DNA from: a virus
DNA length: 64,000 nucleotides
Direction: 5' to 3' (one strand)
IMG/VR virus record: IMGVR_UViG_3300045988_115450
Coordinates: 32,001 to 96,000 of that record
Positions 23,535-33,240 of the stretch are shown here, piece after piece; the first letter of the stretch is position 1; the number at the start of each line of letters is the position of its first letter. A program made the translations under genes and the position numbers. Below the pieces are notes generated by a model. It searched no databases. It was given only the letters and a program-made list of their open reading frames with translations, and was not told the origin of the DNA.

Positions 23535-23912
23535 TTACAAAACCCTGCATTCAATAACGGGGATGCCATTCTCTTCGAGCTTCTTATATGCTTCGGCTTG
23601 TTCTACCCATACCTTCTTGTCGTCTTCAAAACCATCGTGTTCCATAATGGCCTCCCTGTATTTATCCGAGTTCGTGCTACGGATGGCATACAGGAAACCA
23701 TCCTTAACGAAGAAGCATTTTGCTCCGAGTGTGTTATACACGCCAATCTTTTTCAGCGTGTGCCAGAACTCAAGACTCTGGCTAAGTTGAACATCCCCTA
23801 GCTTAGTGACTCCTCTCACAATTCCGCGAGTCTTACTGTCGTCGTCTTTAATCGTGATGGTAGACTTGCCGATTTTGACGTTTCGACCGACCAAATCCAT
23901 CATGCTTGCCAT
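23535..23912 (-). CDS. hypothetical protein (125 aa)
   Basis: Track ORF is 23535..24080. Trimmed to MASMMDL... behind AAAGGAG. The long form would cross a terminator. Confidence 0.55.
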   Translation of the reverse strand: MASMMDLVGRNVKIGKSTITIKDDDSKTRGIVRGVTKLGDVQLSQSLEFWHTLKKIGVYNTLGAKCFFVKDGFLYAIRSTNSDKYREAIMEHDGFEDDKKVWVEQAEAYKKLEENGIPVIECRVL

Positions 23913-23929
23913 GGCTATTCTCCTTTCTA

Positions 23930-23966
23930 CCCATAAGAAAAGACCGTGCTGATTAGCACGGTCTTG
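23930..23966 (-). terminator. rho-independent terminator (minus strand)
   Basis: AAGACCGTGCT-loop-AGCACGGTCTT, followed in minus sense by TTTTCTT. Confidence 0.7.
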
Positions 23967-23998
23967 CAATGGATTTATTAACTTAAGAGTCATGGGTG

Positions 23999-24415
23999 TC
24001 AAACCCGCGCCTCTGTTCCATACAAGTGCTTTACCTTCCTGCACCCGTCTGGGACCATATCGCTTACAACGATGTTCCACCTGATACTATAGGTCTTTGT
24101 TCTGCAATATGCCTGTGTGTCTTCCGCCCATGCTTCCAAAACTGATGTGCTACTTTCTTCCGCAGCACATCTATAGCTATTCAGCATATGCGAGTGACAC
24201 CCATCAAGGCCGTCATATACTTCCACGATTCCGCACTCCACTTCGTCGCCTATCTTAGTGTAAGCAAGGACATAGACGTATGGGATTTCCTTTTCTATTA
24301 TATCCCAACTCTCGCCCTGTAGCTCAGCGACTTCCATAGCGTACTCACGAGAGACATAACCTTTATCGTAGGTTGTGCCTTTGTTGGTCTTCGTGCGGAT
24401 CGTGTATAGTTTCAT
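23999..24415 (-). CDS. hypothetical protein (138 aa)
   Basis: ORF track. Confidence 0.6.
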   Translation of the reverse strand: MKLYTIRTKTNKGTTYDKGYVSREYAMEVAELQGESWDIIEKEIPYVYVLAYTKIGDEVECGIVEVYDGLDGCHSHMLNSYRCAAEESSTSVLEAWAEDTQAYCRTKTYSIRWNIVVSDMVPDGCRKVKHLYGTEARV

Positions 24416-24478
24416 GTCTGGCCTCCTGTCGTGTAAGTGCTACCATATTATAACACCTACACCACCAGAGGTCAAACG

Positions 24479-24931
24479 TTAGAAGCACTCTCTATCCCGC
24501 TCTCTTTGCTCTTTGTATTCCATGAGATACTGGGCAGCCTCTCGACACACATCACCGCCTAATTCCTGGAGGAGCTTTGATACCTCCGTAATCCGCGCGT
24601 CCTTTCTCTCTTCTTCTGCGAGGCACTTGTTATACACCTCATCATCACTCATCATGCCCATAGCATGATAGAGGTCACTTCTGGATTTTATACCGGACAG
24701 CCATTCCTGACCATCCTTGGACTGCAATGCTTCCGCCATCTGAACGAGAGCCTGGTTGCGACATTCACTCGTAAAAGAGCAAGCAACCCATCTCAGTAGG
24801 CAGTCCTCGCAATCAGTATGGCAACAGTACCTAGTTACCCTCTCAATAGCTTTATACCAGCTCTCGCAGGTACAGCCACAGCAACCATCCACGCGATAGC
24901 TCTCGCAATTTTTGCATACGTTCACTTCCAT
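24479..24931 (-). CDS. Cys-rich hypothetical protein (150 aa)
   Basis: Track ORF is 24479..25000. Trimmed to MEVNVCKNCESYRVDGCCGCTCESWY... Confidence 0.55.
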   Translation of the reverse strand: MEVNVCKNCESYRVDGCCGCTCESWYKAIERVTRYCCHTDCEDCLLRWVACSFTSECRNQALVQMAEALQSKDGQEWLSGIKSRSDLYHAMGMMSDDEVYNKCLAEEERKDARITEVSKLLQELGGDVCREAAQYLMEYKEQRERDRECF

Positions 24932-24989
24932 ATTTGTTCCTCCATTTCTAATCAAAACCACTAGTAAACTAGTGGTTTGCACAGACCCT

Positions 24990-25700
24990 AGAAGGGTCAT
25001 TACAGGCAGAGCCCCTAAAGGGGCATTGAAAAGTTTGACACCGCATTACCATTACAGGCCGCCGCTAAAGCGGCCTGTTTTTATGCCTTCCTATTCTTGC
25101 TACCCGTAAACGGGTCAATGTATTCTTTCATCGTAATCTGATCCATCATTTCATCTTCAATCAACTGATTGCGGATATACTCTTCGATCACCCGCTTGTT
25201 CTTCCCTACCGTATCTACATAATAACCACGGCACCAGAAATGTCGGCTGCCATACTTGTATTTCAGATTTGCGTGGCGATCAAAAATCATCAGTGTGCTT
25301 TTTCCCTTGAGAAACCCCATAAACTGTGATACACTCAAATGCGGAGGCATACTCACCAACATATGCACATGGTCAATGCACGTTTCTGCTTCAATAATCT
25401 CCACTTTCTTTTCGTCGCACAACTTCCTCAAAATCTTCCCAATATCCGCCCGCAATTCTCCATAGATTGCCTTACGACGAAATTTCGGTGCAAATACCAG
25501 ATGATACTGACATCTCCATGTCGTGTGTGCTCCATGGTGCAAGTCATTCTTTCCCATATCTATAACCTCCTTTTTGTTTCTTGGTAATGCGGTCGCCAAA
25601 CCTTTACCATCTTACACTAGGAGGTTATTCTTTTCTACTTTTACTGAAGTTTTTCCCACCCCCAGTAGAACTGGGGGTTTTTTCATGCTAAAGCGCCAAC
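24990..25700 (-). mobile_element. IS200-type (IS200/IS605 family, TnpA-only) insertion; ends approximate
   Basis: Y1/HUH transposase flanked by subterminal hairpins: CAGGCCGC...GCGGCCTG at 25054-25077 and CCCCCAG-tagaa-CTGGGGG at ~25660-25678. Also a 12-bp inverted repeat of ACCGCATTACCA at ~25039 and ~25583. Confidence 0.55.
25081..25557 (-). CDS. tnpA: IS200/IS605-family Y1 transposase TnpA (158 aa)
   Basis: YHLVFAPKFRRK; HUH motif IDHVHMLVS; catalytic Tyr context WCRGYYVDTVG; start behind AAAGGAGG. Confidence 0.85.
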   Translation of the reverse strand: MGKNDLHHGAHTTWRCQYHLVFAPKFRRKAIYGELRADIGKILRKLCDEKKVEIIEAETCIDHVHMLVSMPPHLSVSQFMGFLKGKSTLMIFDRHANLKYKYGSRHFWCRGYYVDTVGKNKRVIEEYIRNQLIEDEMMDQITMKEYIDPFTGSKNRKA

Positions 25701-25806
25701 GACAATAAAAACGCCCGCTAAGTAATAGCGGGCGTTGAAGACTTATTAAACCACCGTCATGGTAAAAAGAAAGCCGTACTTAGTACGGTGGTAAGACAGG
25801 TATGTA

Positions 25807-26118
25807 TTAGTTGAACCATTCCAGTTCGTGCGGTTCCAGGGTTACGTCAAAGCAGACACAATCCCAAAACCAATTTGCGCTATCTCCATTTTCAGCGCGG
25901 TCAATGACAAGTGCGAACTCGTTTTCCCAACTGACGTCCTTCACCAAGGTCAATCGCTCGATGTCAAAACACGGCGGAAGCTCATAATAGATATTCTCTT
26001 CTCCATAGGTAACATTCACCTCCACCTCATCTACCGAAATTTTGACCGGGACAACACCGACCCGCGCAAAACCATGAGCGCTATTTACTACTTCTGTTTT
26101 TATGTACAATTTTATCAC
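25807..26118 (-). CDS. hypothetical protein (103 aa)
   Basis: ORF track. Confidence 0.55.
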   Translation of the reverse strand: MIKLYIKTEVVNSAHGFARVGVVPVKISVDEVEVNVTYGEENIYYELPPCFDIERLTLVKDVSWENEFALVIDRAENGDSANWFWDCVCFDVTLEPHELEWFN

Positions 26119-26264
26119 CCTATCCCTTTCTCTTATTGTATAATATACCGTTAGAGGAAAAAATTCCAGAGGTAAAATATTCCTCTGTTGATAGAGTGGA
26201 TTGCCTAGCGCTCACCGTGCCCCTCTATTTTTATAGAGGGGTGCCGTCAACGTTAGGTATACCA

Positions 26265-26684
26265 TCAAATTCCCAGGGCATGAACCTTCGCCTTGATGCT
26301 CTTGATAGAGCTGGCGTGGCAAGTAAAGACCACTTTCACTACCCCTTTACCACGCATGGCGGTATAAGGAATCATGATTGTCCGGAGGTAGCGCATGAAC
26401 TCCATAGCAGGCTCGCCTTTCAAAACCACGTAGCACTTCTTCATATCGGGGACTCGCTGGGTCGCTGCTTCCAGCTTATTGATGTGGTTGATACCTTCCA
26501 TAGCGTCCAGAGCGCCATTCCGCGCCATGAGTTCTACGTGGGCGCGAACCAAGTTTCTGAACCGCTCCGGGTAACTATACCAGGAGAGGCCGGTCATCTT
26601 ACATTCTACCACTGCGGCGATGGCTTTCTTGCCTTCTTCTTTCCAGATAAGGTTAAAGGTCTTTTCTCTTTTTTCTCCGTATTT
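26265..26684 (-). CDS. hypothetical protein (139 aa)
   Basis: Track ORF is 26265..26720. Trimmed to MKYGEKREK... behind AGGAGGG. Confidence 0.55.
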   Translation of the reverse strand, partial: KYGEKREKTFNLIWKEEGKKAIAAVVECKMTGLSWYSYPERFRNLVRAHVELMARNGALDAMEGINHINKLEAATQRVPDMKKCYVVLKGEPAMEFMRYLRTIMIPYTAMRGKGVVKVVFTCHASSIKSIKAKVHALGI

Positions 26685-26699
26685 CATAGTTACCCTCCT

Positions 26700-26734
26700 A
26701 AAGTAAAACCATCCTAGCAAAACTAGGATGGTTG
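26700..26734 (-). terminator. rho-independent terminator (minus strand)
   Basis: AACCATCCTAG-caaaa-CTAGGATGGTT, followed in minus sense by TTTACTTT. Confidence 0.6.
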
Positions 26735-26738
26735 GTAA

Positions 26739-27725
26739 TTACAGATTAAACGCTTCTTTGTAAACCTTATACATCTTTATAGCGTTGTAATACCCTTTTT
26801 TCTGACGGAATACATCTTCCACCAGCGACTGATTCGTGTGATCAAAAACATCTACACCAGACTGTTCAATTCTGTACAGCTCGTGATACCGCCCAGACCG
26901 CCAAACATTTTGATACGTATGGCGGCGTGGGTAGCCTAGCGCTTGGTATTTTTTAGCCATTCTGCTGCATTGGTTGTTGACTGCTGCTAGAGAATATTCT
27001 TTCCCAAACTCCTCTATTCCAACCAAAACCATTCGCTTTAAGAACGAGCCTACAGATGTGTCTTTTACCGCTTGGACCGTTCCAGAACCTTTCGTTCTAA
27101 CAGAGTACTTACACGCACAATATCTTTTCAAAGTATCACAGACAGTATCAGAAAACCCGCTTGTGAGGATAGAACCATCTTGACCGTAGATAATCCTATC
27201 GTCTAAATCCACATCGTTATCTCTTAGGGCGATAATTTCTACATTATTCAATCCAATCCAGTTCAAGCAAAAAACAGGATACTCTATATACCCTGCATCA
27301 ATAGGAAGCACTTTTTTAATAGACTCCACTAAGTCAATATCGTCTTTGAATAGAGACTGCTCTAGCGGTTCTATTAACCGGATGTCTTCTGGAGACACTT
27401 CGAAGATCCCGTCTGACACATTTACAAAAACCTTGTTTTTCTTGCACCATTTTGAATACTGTCTTAACATGCTAATAGCACTTTTTACGGTCGCAGATTC
27501 TGCTATTCCCATAGCATGAACAGCTGCGACGCAATGGCCTTGATCCATCTGCGCAATATCTAACCTGCATTCTTCTTCATAACTAGCTATTTTGTTAAAA
27601 ACCCACGTGATAGAAGATTTCTTAGTATACCCCATCTCCTTGCAAAATCCCATTTTAACATCCTCGTTATACAAGATACCACCACCTTTTAGGCAATGAT
27701 ACCATGTATAATCAAAATCCGTCAA
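26739..27725 (-). CDS. hypothetical protein (328 aa)
   Basis: ORF track; no catalytic motif recognised. Confidence 0.6.
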   Translation of the reverse strand: MTDFDYTWYHCLKGGGILYNEDVKMGFCKEMGYTKKSSITWVFNKIASYEEECRLDIAQMDQGHCVAAVHAMGIAESATVKSAISMLRQYSKWCKKNKVFVNVSDGIFEVSPEDIRLIEPLEQSLFKDDIDLVESIKKVLPIDAGYIEYPVFCLNWIGLNNVEIIALRDNDVDLDDRIIYGQDGSILTSGFSDTVCDTLKRYCACKYSVRTKGSGTVQAVKDTSVGSFLKRMVLVGIEEFGKEYSLAAVNNQCSRMAKKYQALGYPRRHTYQNVWRSGRYHELYRIEQSGVDVFDHTNQSLVEDVFRQKKGYYNAIKMYKVYKEAFNL

Positions 27726-27827
27726 GCGGAAGTTATTACAACAATAGCGCCGTTGCGCACCACCTCCATTTGTGATATGATTAGTGTACCCTTCCAGGGA
27801 GGGTCGAAGCCCTCCCCTTTAGGGCGG

Positions 27828-27938
27828 TCAGGCCGCTCCTGCTTCCATGGCTTCGTCGATGGTAGCATATTCTACCCCATCGGAACCCATGTAGCCGTAA
27901 TCGGTATAGTCACCGGTTACATATGTATGGTTGCTCAT
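27828..27938 (-). CDS. acidic mini-protein (36 aa)
   Basis: Own translation: MSNHTYVTGDYTDYGYMGSDGVEYATIDEAMEAGAA. Followed by the GGGAGGG...CCCTCCC hairpin. Confidence 0.3.
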   Translation of the reverse strand: MSNHTYVTGDYTDYGYMGSDGVEYATIDEAMEAGAA

Positions 27939-28107
27939 ACAGCGTCCTACCTTTCCGCTACCCTAGCAAGCTGCTGCTAGGGTAGCTTTTTTTTGCAGGC
28001 ATAGACAGAATCCACCTATGTTATCCCTGCGACCTCGCAGGCCAGGGCGATCCCAGCCTACGAACGCTCCCGGCCTAACGCCTGTTTATAGTCGCCGGGA
28101 CGACTCT

Positions 28108-28428
28108 TTAAACCGGAATGAACGGCTCGATTCCAAACTTCACGAGATGGCTACATCTATCCCCCTTGCCCATAACGTCAAAACTTTTCGCCTCGTCTAA
28201 CACCTGGATAAGCATTCCTGCACGGGTGGCGAAATCAGGGCTATCCCACCCCGCCATAGTCTCAATACTACCTAACAGATCTACGAGATGATTCCACTCG
28301 TTCCACATCATAGTATCAATGAGGTCATAGGTGTGCATGGCCTTATACATGTCACGAATACCTTCTTTCTGCCCGTAGTTAATGTAGGTCAGCAGCATGT
28401 CAGACATAGTGACCTTGTTCATTTCCAT
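28108..28428 (-). CDS. hypothetical protein (106 aa)
   Basis: Track ORF is 28108..28464. Trimmed to MEMNKVTMSD... Confidence 0.55.
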   Translation of the reverse strand: MEMNKVTMSDMLLTYINYGQKEGIRDMYKAMHTYDLIDTMMWNEWNHLVDLLGSIETMAGWDSPDFATRAGMLIQVLDEAKSFDVMGKGDRCSHLVKFGIEPFIPV

Positions 28429-28553
28429 AGTAATTCCCCTTTCTGGGTGCTGTTTAGCACTCACCGCGTTTTTCTACAGGGTAGAAAAATCCCGTCAATG
28501 CTAATCCTGCTCCGGTTATAACCCCGCCAATGGCGGGGTTATAACCTTTGCTA

Positions 28554-29327
28554 TTACTTCTCCTTTTTGGCGCGGATTTCATAGTTTGCACCGTTCTTTC
28601 TGGTGCGATAGCACCGGAAAACGAGATTGATTAACCCCTTGTCATTCTTCTGGGCATAGTGTCCGTTTTCCCCCGCCTTGTCCACAGCAGGCAGGGAGGC
28701 AGTACGGAAGAACACAACGTCCTTCCAAACCATCTTGACGCCGCCATCAGGATCTACCCAACGCTGAACCAGTTCGGTGAACTGATCCTGAAGCGCGTCA
28801 CGACCCGTCTTAGTCCATCCCAGTTCGTCCCTTTTTAGGGAATCCTCCGGGGACAGAGTGAACGCTTTATCCCCATTATCCCGCGCCCATTTGAGCGCGG
28901 TATTGTACAGGAACACACGACAGGCCGCCTTTAACCCGTCCGCGCTCTGCCCTTGGCACTGGGACACCATATCCCAGAAGTAGATACGGGTATCAGTGCC
29001 CGTCTTAACCTCATAGGTGCCGTTAGTATCCGTCACAGAGACGGACGGCGCACATTCGTTTTCTGCAAAGTGTGCAAGGGCTTCCGGGTATGTCATCTGG
29101 GTATATCCCCAGATAGCACGATACCGACTACAGTCATTGTAACGCTGGACAGCGGCTGCCACGTTTGCTTCTGCCTGGATAATTTCGCCAGGCATGACTT
29201 CCACGCCCTTGTTCAGGGCATTGCGTGCCGCAACGGCGTCACGGACGGACTGAAGCAGTTCAGTTTCAGTAACACCCTTGTTTTCCCGCAGCACCTTTTC
29301 CATCTTGCTTTCATTCTTTGCCATGAT
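28554..29327 (-). CDS. hypothetical protein (257 aa)
   Basis: Track ORF is 28554..29405. Trimmed to MAKNESKMEK... behind AGGAGG. Confidence 0.6.
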   Translation of the reverse strand: MMAKNESKMEKVLRENKGVTETELLQSVRDAVAARNALNKGVEVMPGEIIQAEANVAAAVQRYNDCSRYRAIWGYTQMTYPEALAHFAENECAPSVSVTDTNGTYEVKTGTDTRIYFWDMVSQCQGQSADGLKAACRVFLYNTALKWARDNGDKAFTLSPEDSLKRDELGWTKTGRDALQDQFTELVQRWVDPDGGVKMVWKDVVFFRTASLPAVDKAGENGHYAQKNDKGLINLVFRCYRTRKNGANYEIRAKKEK

Positions 29328-29414
29328 ATTTTCCTCCTGTGTAGTTATGTAAATGTGTTTCAAAAACAAATCAGAGCGGCGGGTAAGGTATCGGCTCTTC
29401 ATCAAGCTGGCTTC

Positions 29415-29678
29415 TCACATATCGGCGGCACAGGAGCACACATTTTCATCATGGACATACAGCCAGAGTTCGTAGCCATTCAACTCCCAGCCTTCTACCA
29501 CATACGTATACGGGTCAATACTGATATATGGCGCGATATACTCCGGACTACCACTTTCAACGTCTTTCAACTTCCCGGCCATGTAAATTTCGCCTGTTAA
29601 CGATTCCATAACAAGAATGTTCATTTCGCCGTCACGACGATTAGCTGCACAAAATTGTCCCACGTTCATCTCTTTCAT
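29415..29678 (-). CDS. hypothetical protein (87 aa), first gene of the leftward arm
   Basis: Track ORF is 29415..29756. Trimmed to MKEMNVGQF... The long form would translate through the 20-nt repeat. Confidence 0.5.
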   Translation of the reverse strand: MKEMNVGQFCAANRRDGEMNILVMESLTGEIYMAGKLKDVESGSPEYIAPYISIDPYTYVVEGWELNGYELWLYVHDENVCSCAADM

Positions 29679-29733
29679 GTTTCCACGTCCTTTTCTTGAT
29701 ATTGGCGTTCCCGCCGGTCTGATTTGTTTTTGA

Positions 29734-29753
29734 TTTTTTAGCTTTATCGCTAC
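29734..29753. repeat. 20-nt perfect direct repeat, copy 1 (TTTTTTAGCTTTATCGCTAC)
   Basis: Identical to 30433-30452; lies 56 nt upstream (minus sense) of the first leftward gene. Confidence 0.85.
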
Positions 29754-30432
29754 CATAGAAAAATAAACGTATCCCGTTGCCTGGAATGTCGTTTACAATG
29801 CAAACGCACCATAACAACGGGATACGTGAAATTTCCATTGATACATTTTTCCGTTTCAACCTTCAAGTCAACCTAGCAATGGTTTTTCACGTGGCGAGCC
29901 ACGCAACCTTGAAGAATTTTTGGGGACATCTTTCCGCTCCGGATAACAACAGAATCGCTACTTCTGTTATATCCATCATAACATAGCGTGACACGGCACT
30001 TCCTGGAACGCCCCATCCACCGGTTCCCGGCGCTATCACACAAAAATAGCGCTCCCTTCGGACGTTTGACAAGTCACGATTGAAAGATAGTTACTACCCT
30101 ATCCTTTGCTATCAAATCGAGCTTGCCAGGCCAGTCAACTATCACAGAATGTAAAAAACTGTGTAGTACCACGTGTTCCCACGTGGGGTTTGCACCCTAG
30201 ACACGACTACCCCTATTCGCTATCATACATACGCTTTTTTGACTTTTGGGCGACACTCACTCTAGCGATAGAGCGTCGTCATAGCTTTTGTACAAATCAC
30301 CTATCGGCATTTTGTACCAGCAGTCAATCAACGCAGTGTGTAGACTGTCATTGTAACGCTGTTTTCTCGGTAACACCTGGCTTGTGTCCCAGGGAGGTTT
30401 CCGATTGTCCAGCTACTTCCATGGAGTTTCGG

Positions 30433-30452
30433 TTTTTTAGCTTTATCGCTAC
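30433..30452. repeat. 20-nt perfect direct repeat, copy 2
   Basis: Identical to 29734-29753. Confidence 0.85.
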
Positions 30453-31139
30453 TACCCAAAACTTTCCGCCCTTTCGAGCTGTCCCTATCCTATCACATCG
30501 ACCCGCCCTTGTCAAGGGGTTTTTGCGATTTTCTAGGGATTTTTTTTGCCTGGCTTTCGCTACTGGAGCAAGGCCGCCGGGCTGGCCTGGTTTACGTCAT
30601 ACAATCAGGTTAGGACATAACCGGCGACTGTCACTTTTCGCCGTCCGTCCGGTTTGTGCCCGTCCCTTGACTGTGCCTTGAGTATACCATACATGGACAT
30701 GGTTTGTCAACCCCTTTTTTGCATTTTTTTATTTTTTGGGTAGAAGGTGTTATTGAGACTCATTCCTATTATTGATTCGGGCCAGGCAAGCTAATGACCA
30801 TTAGCTGTTTTAGACTGCGTTCTAGACTGTAGTCTATTATAATACCTAACACTGTTAATTACTAACGTCCCATTTCCCGCCTATGAGGTGTACAGGGGGG
30901 CAATTTCCATATTTTCAGATTGATTTTTATATATAATATGGAATTAGTTACTCCACCATTTCACAACTTTTTCTCGCCAAAACTCACCGCCTCCATCCAT
31001 AACACATTGATTATCAGAACTTTTTATTTCACTTTATTTGGTTAAAGTTTCCTCTTCGTTTCTCCAGTCTCTGATTTTGGGACGTAATCAGTAGCTCATA
31101 AATTTTGGAAAATTTCTTGGAATCTGCCGTCCAAAAATC

Positions 31140-31168
31140 TTGACATTTGAAAACATTTTCGCTATAAT
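31140..31168 (+). promoter_or_regulatory. consensus sigma70-type promoter for the integrase
   Basis: TTGACA (31140-31145), 17-nt spacer, TATAAT (31163-31168); AAGGAGG RBS at ~31204. Confidence 0.8.
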
Positions 31169-31218
31169 AGTAACATAATCAATAGAAAACATTTCAAATT
31201 TAAAAGGAGGTTTTGCCA

Positions 31219-32109
31219 ATGAGCAACCTAATTTCTTTCCCCAACGGTACTGTCAATCCCGCCAGCAAAACTGTCAACCCCGCGTCCATCGACGTCAACT
31301 CTGTCCGCCGCTCACGGACTGCCGACAGTAGCCGTTCACGGGTACTCAAGCAGTCCGCTGCCAGCCGGATCACCGCTCAGAGCGACCAGCCGGTAGAGGT
31401 CATCACCGCACCTGACCGAGCGGCTGACCCTATTAAGAGTGTTGACGACATTCGTAAAGCGTGTTCCTACCTACTGGACAGCCATCGCTACAGAGACCAC
31501 ATGCTGCTGGTTATGGGTATCAATTTCGGCCTGCGAGTCAGTGACCTGCAGCGTCTCCGGTTCACCCACATCCTGAACGAGGACTTCTCCTTTAAAGAAT
31601 CCTTTGAGATCCTGGAAAAGAAAACTGCCTCCACCCGTAAAAGAAAAAAGAACCGCTACGTTGTCATCAACGACGCGGTCATGGACGCTGTGGAACTCTA
31701 CCTGGAACACGCTCCCTACCCCGTCAGCCTGTCTGACCTCGTGTTCCGTTCTGAGAGCAATAACCGTGGTGCTTACGAGCCTGGTCCTCTCAACAGAAGA
31801 TCCGTCAATCGTATCCTAGAAGATATCGCCGACCACTGCAATTTCGATTTCCGGTTCTCCTCTCATTCCCTCCGCAAGACATTCGGCTACCACCAAATGA
31901 TGATGTCCGGCAACGATCCTCGCAAGCTGGTACTCCTCCAGAAGATGTTCGGCCACTCCTCCATGAACGAGACCCTCTGCTATATCGGCCTCACCAAGGA
32001 AGAGATGACCGAAGCCTACGCCAATCTGAACCTGGGTGGCAACGGATACGACTACCAGCTCGCTGCTCTGTACGAAGCACCTGCTGATTCAACCCCCGCC
32101 GCCATTTGA
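31219..32109 (+). CDS. int: tyrosine recombinase / integrase (296 aa)
   Basis: FGLRVSDL (Arg I), HSLRKTFG (H-x-x-R), GHSSMNETLCYI (His...Tyr). ATG at 31219, 8 nt after the RBS. The track starts at TTG 31213. Confidence 0.85.
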   Translation: MSNLISFPNGTVNPASKTVNPASIDVNSVRRSRTADSSRSRVLKQSAASRITAQSDQPVEVITAPDRAADPIKSVDDIRKACSYLLDSHRYRDHMLLVMGINFGLRVSDLQRLRFTHILNEDFSFKESFEILEKKTASTRKRKKNRYVVINDAVMDAVELYLEHAPYPVSLSDLVFRSESNNRGAYEPGPLNRRSVNRILEDIADHCNFDFRFSSHSLRKTFGYHQMMMSGNDPRKLVLLQKMFGHSSMNETLCYIGLTKEEMTEAYANLNLGGNGYDYQLAALYEAPADSTPAAI

Positions 32110-33240
32110 CTTCTAAGGTCTATTTTCTCCCTGTAGTCCCACGAAAAATCAGAGAGATAATCTGTTGGGTATGTAGGTATATACCCCTGACCGTTCCGTT
32201 CTATTTTCTCTGCGTAGTGTGGGAGAAAACATGATAGGTAAGTTCAACCGTCTAGTTTCCCTCTTACGGAAGGCCGCTGCAGCGGCATCTTGTAGGTCGC
32301 TGCGCTCCCGGAATCGCTCCCGCTCTTTCCGTAGAGAGAAAAGGTGGTGTTCCATCCACCAGCACTACTTGACCCTAAACGTTCTATTCCCTGCCCGATA
32401 GTTCTTCTACGCTATTTCTTTTTTTTTAATTTAAATATCGTAAGGTAGTCCGTGGCTACACGGCTTCCCACCCTAGCTACTCCCGTAACCAACACCCCTT
32501 CTCATTCCATTTCTTTCTACGGGCTAAAAAAAATGAATCCTCACGCGAAGCGTTACAAGTCCCGCCTCCTGTCGCAGAACAGCTCTTCCCCTCAACCATC
32601 CACATCGGCTCCGTCCTGCCAACCCTCTTCGCTGATCTCCCACTCCTGCCGCCCTCACGCTTTCTTTTGTAGAAAGCTCCAATCTTTCCTGCGAGAAGGT
32701 CATGGCCGGGAAGCCTGACCATCATTCCGTTACGCCGTCCCCACCAACAGGAAAAGTTCTTCTACTCCATTTTTCTTGTACGGGCTAAAGATAAAAAATC
32801 TTCGGGAGCGCAGCGACCTAACAAGCCGCCGCTGCAGCGGCCATACACAGGATGGAGATATGACGGTCTGCTACCTTCCGAAACCTAGCTCACCTCTGGC
32901 GAACAACATAGCGCTCCCCACATCCACCATGCACCACGCCCTTACCCACTCTTCCCTCTACGGATCACTTTTCCTTCTACCTGCTAACCTACATTCTTTC
33001 GCCCCCTACCATCTCGCGTTCATCCCGGCGCAGCCCTACCCACCACCAGCGTTACAGAACTACTACCCACACAAGCAAGACAGCTCATCTCACTTTTCTC
33101 TCTACGGACTACGCCGCAGGCGTACCTTTCCTTTTCCCTTCTACGGACTTACCTACTTCTCCAGGCCGGGGCGAAGAGATAGGACGGCTGATCTACTGAC
33201 ACGCCACGGACTACCTTACAAGAGATAGAGGTGTGACGGA
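32110..33240. repeat. 1.1-kb ORF-free, C/T-rich repeat field downstream of int
   Basis: At least 10 copies of a TTYYYTCTACGG-like motif in both orientations. Near-identical 22-23-nt direct repeats at 32507-32528 and 32767-32789. A ~39-nt inverted repeat, 32272-32310 versus 32803-32842. A 16-bp inverted repeat, 32440-32455 versus 33204-33219. 19-nt direct repeats at 32119-32137 and 32200-32218. Confidence 0.8.

Noticed and set aside
30106-30681. A 191-aa plus-strand ORF filling the divergent control region
   Set aside because: It has a TTG start with no RBS. Its composition is dominated by R/S/F/C/P with no motif. It runs through the repeat, palindrome and terminator-like elements of an intergenic region. 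It is most likely a chance ORF.
32110-33240. CRISPR array
   Set aside because: The repeats are short and degenerate, occur in both orientations and are irregularly spaced. There are no unique spacers of uniform length and no cas genes.
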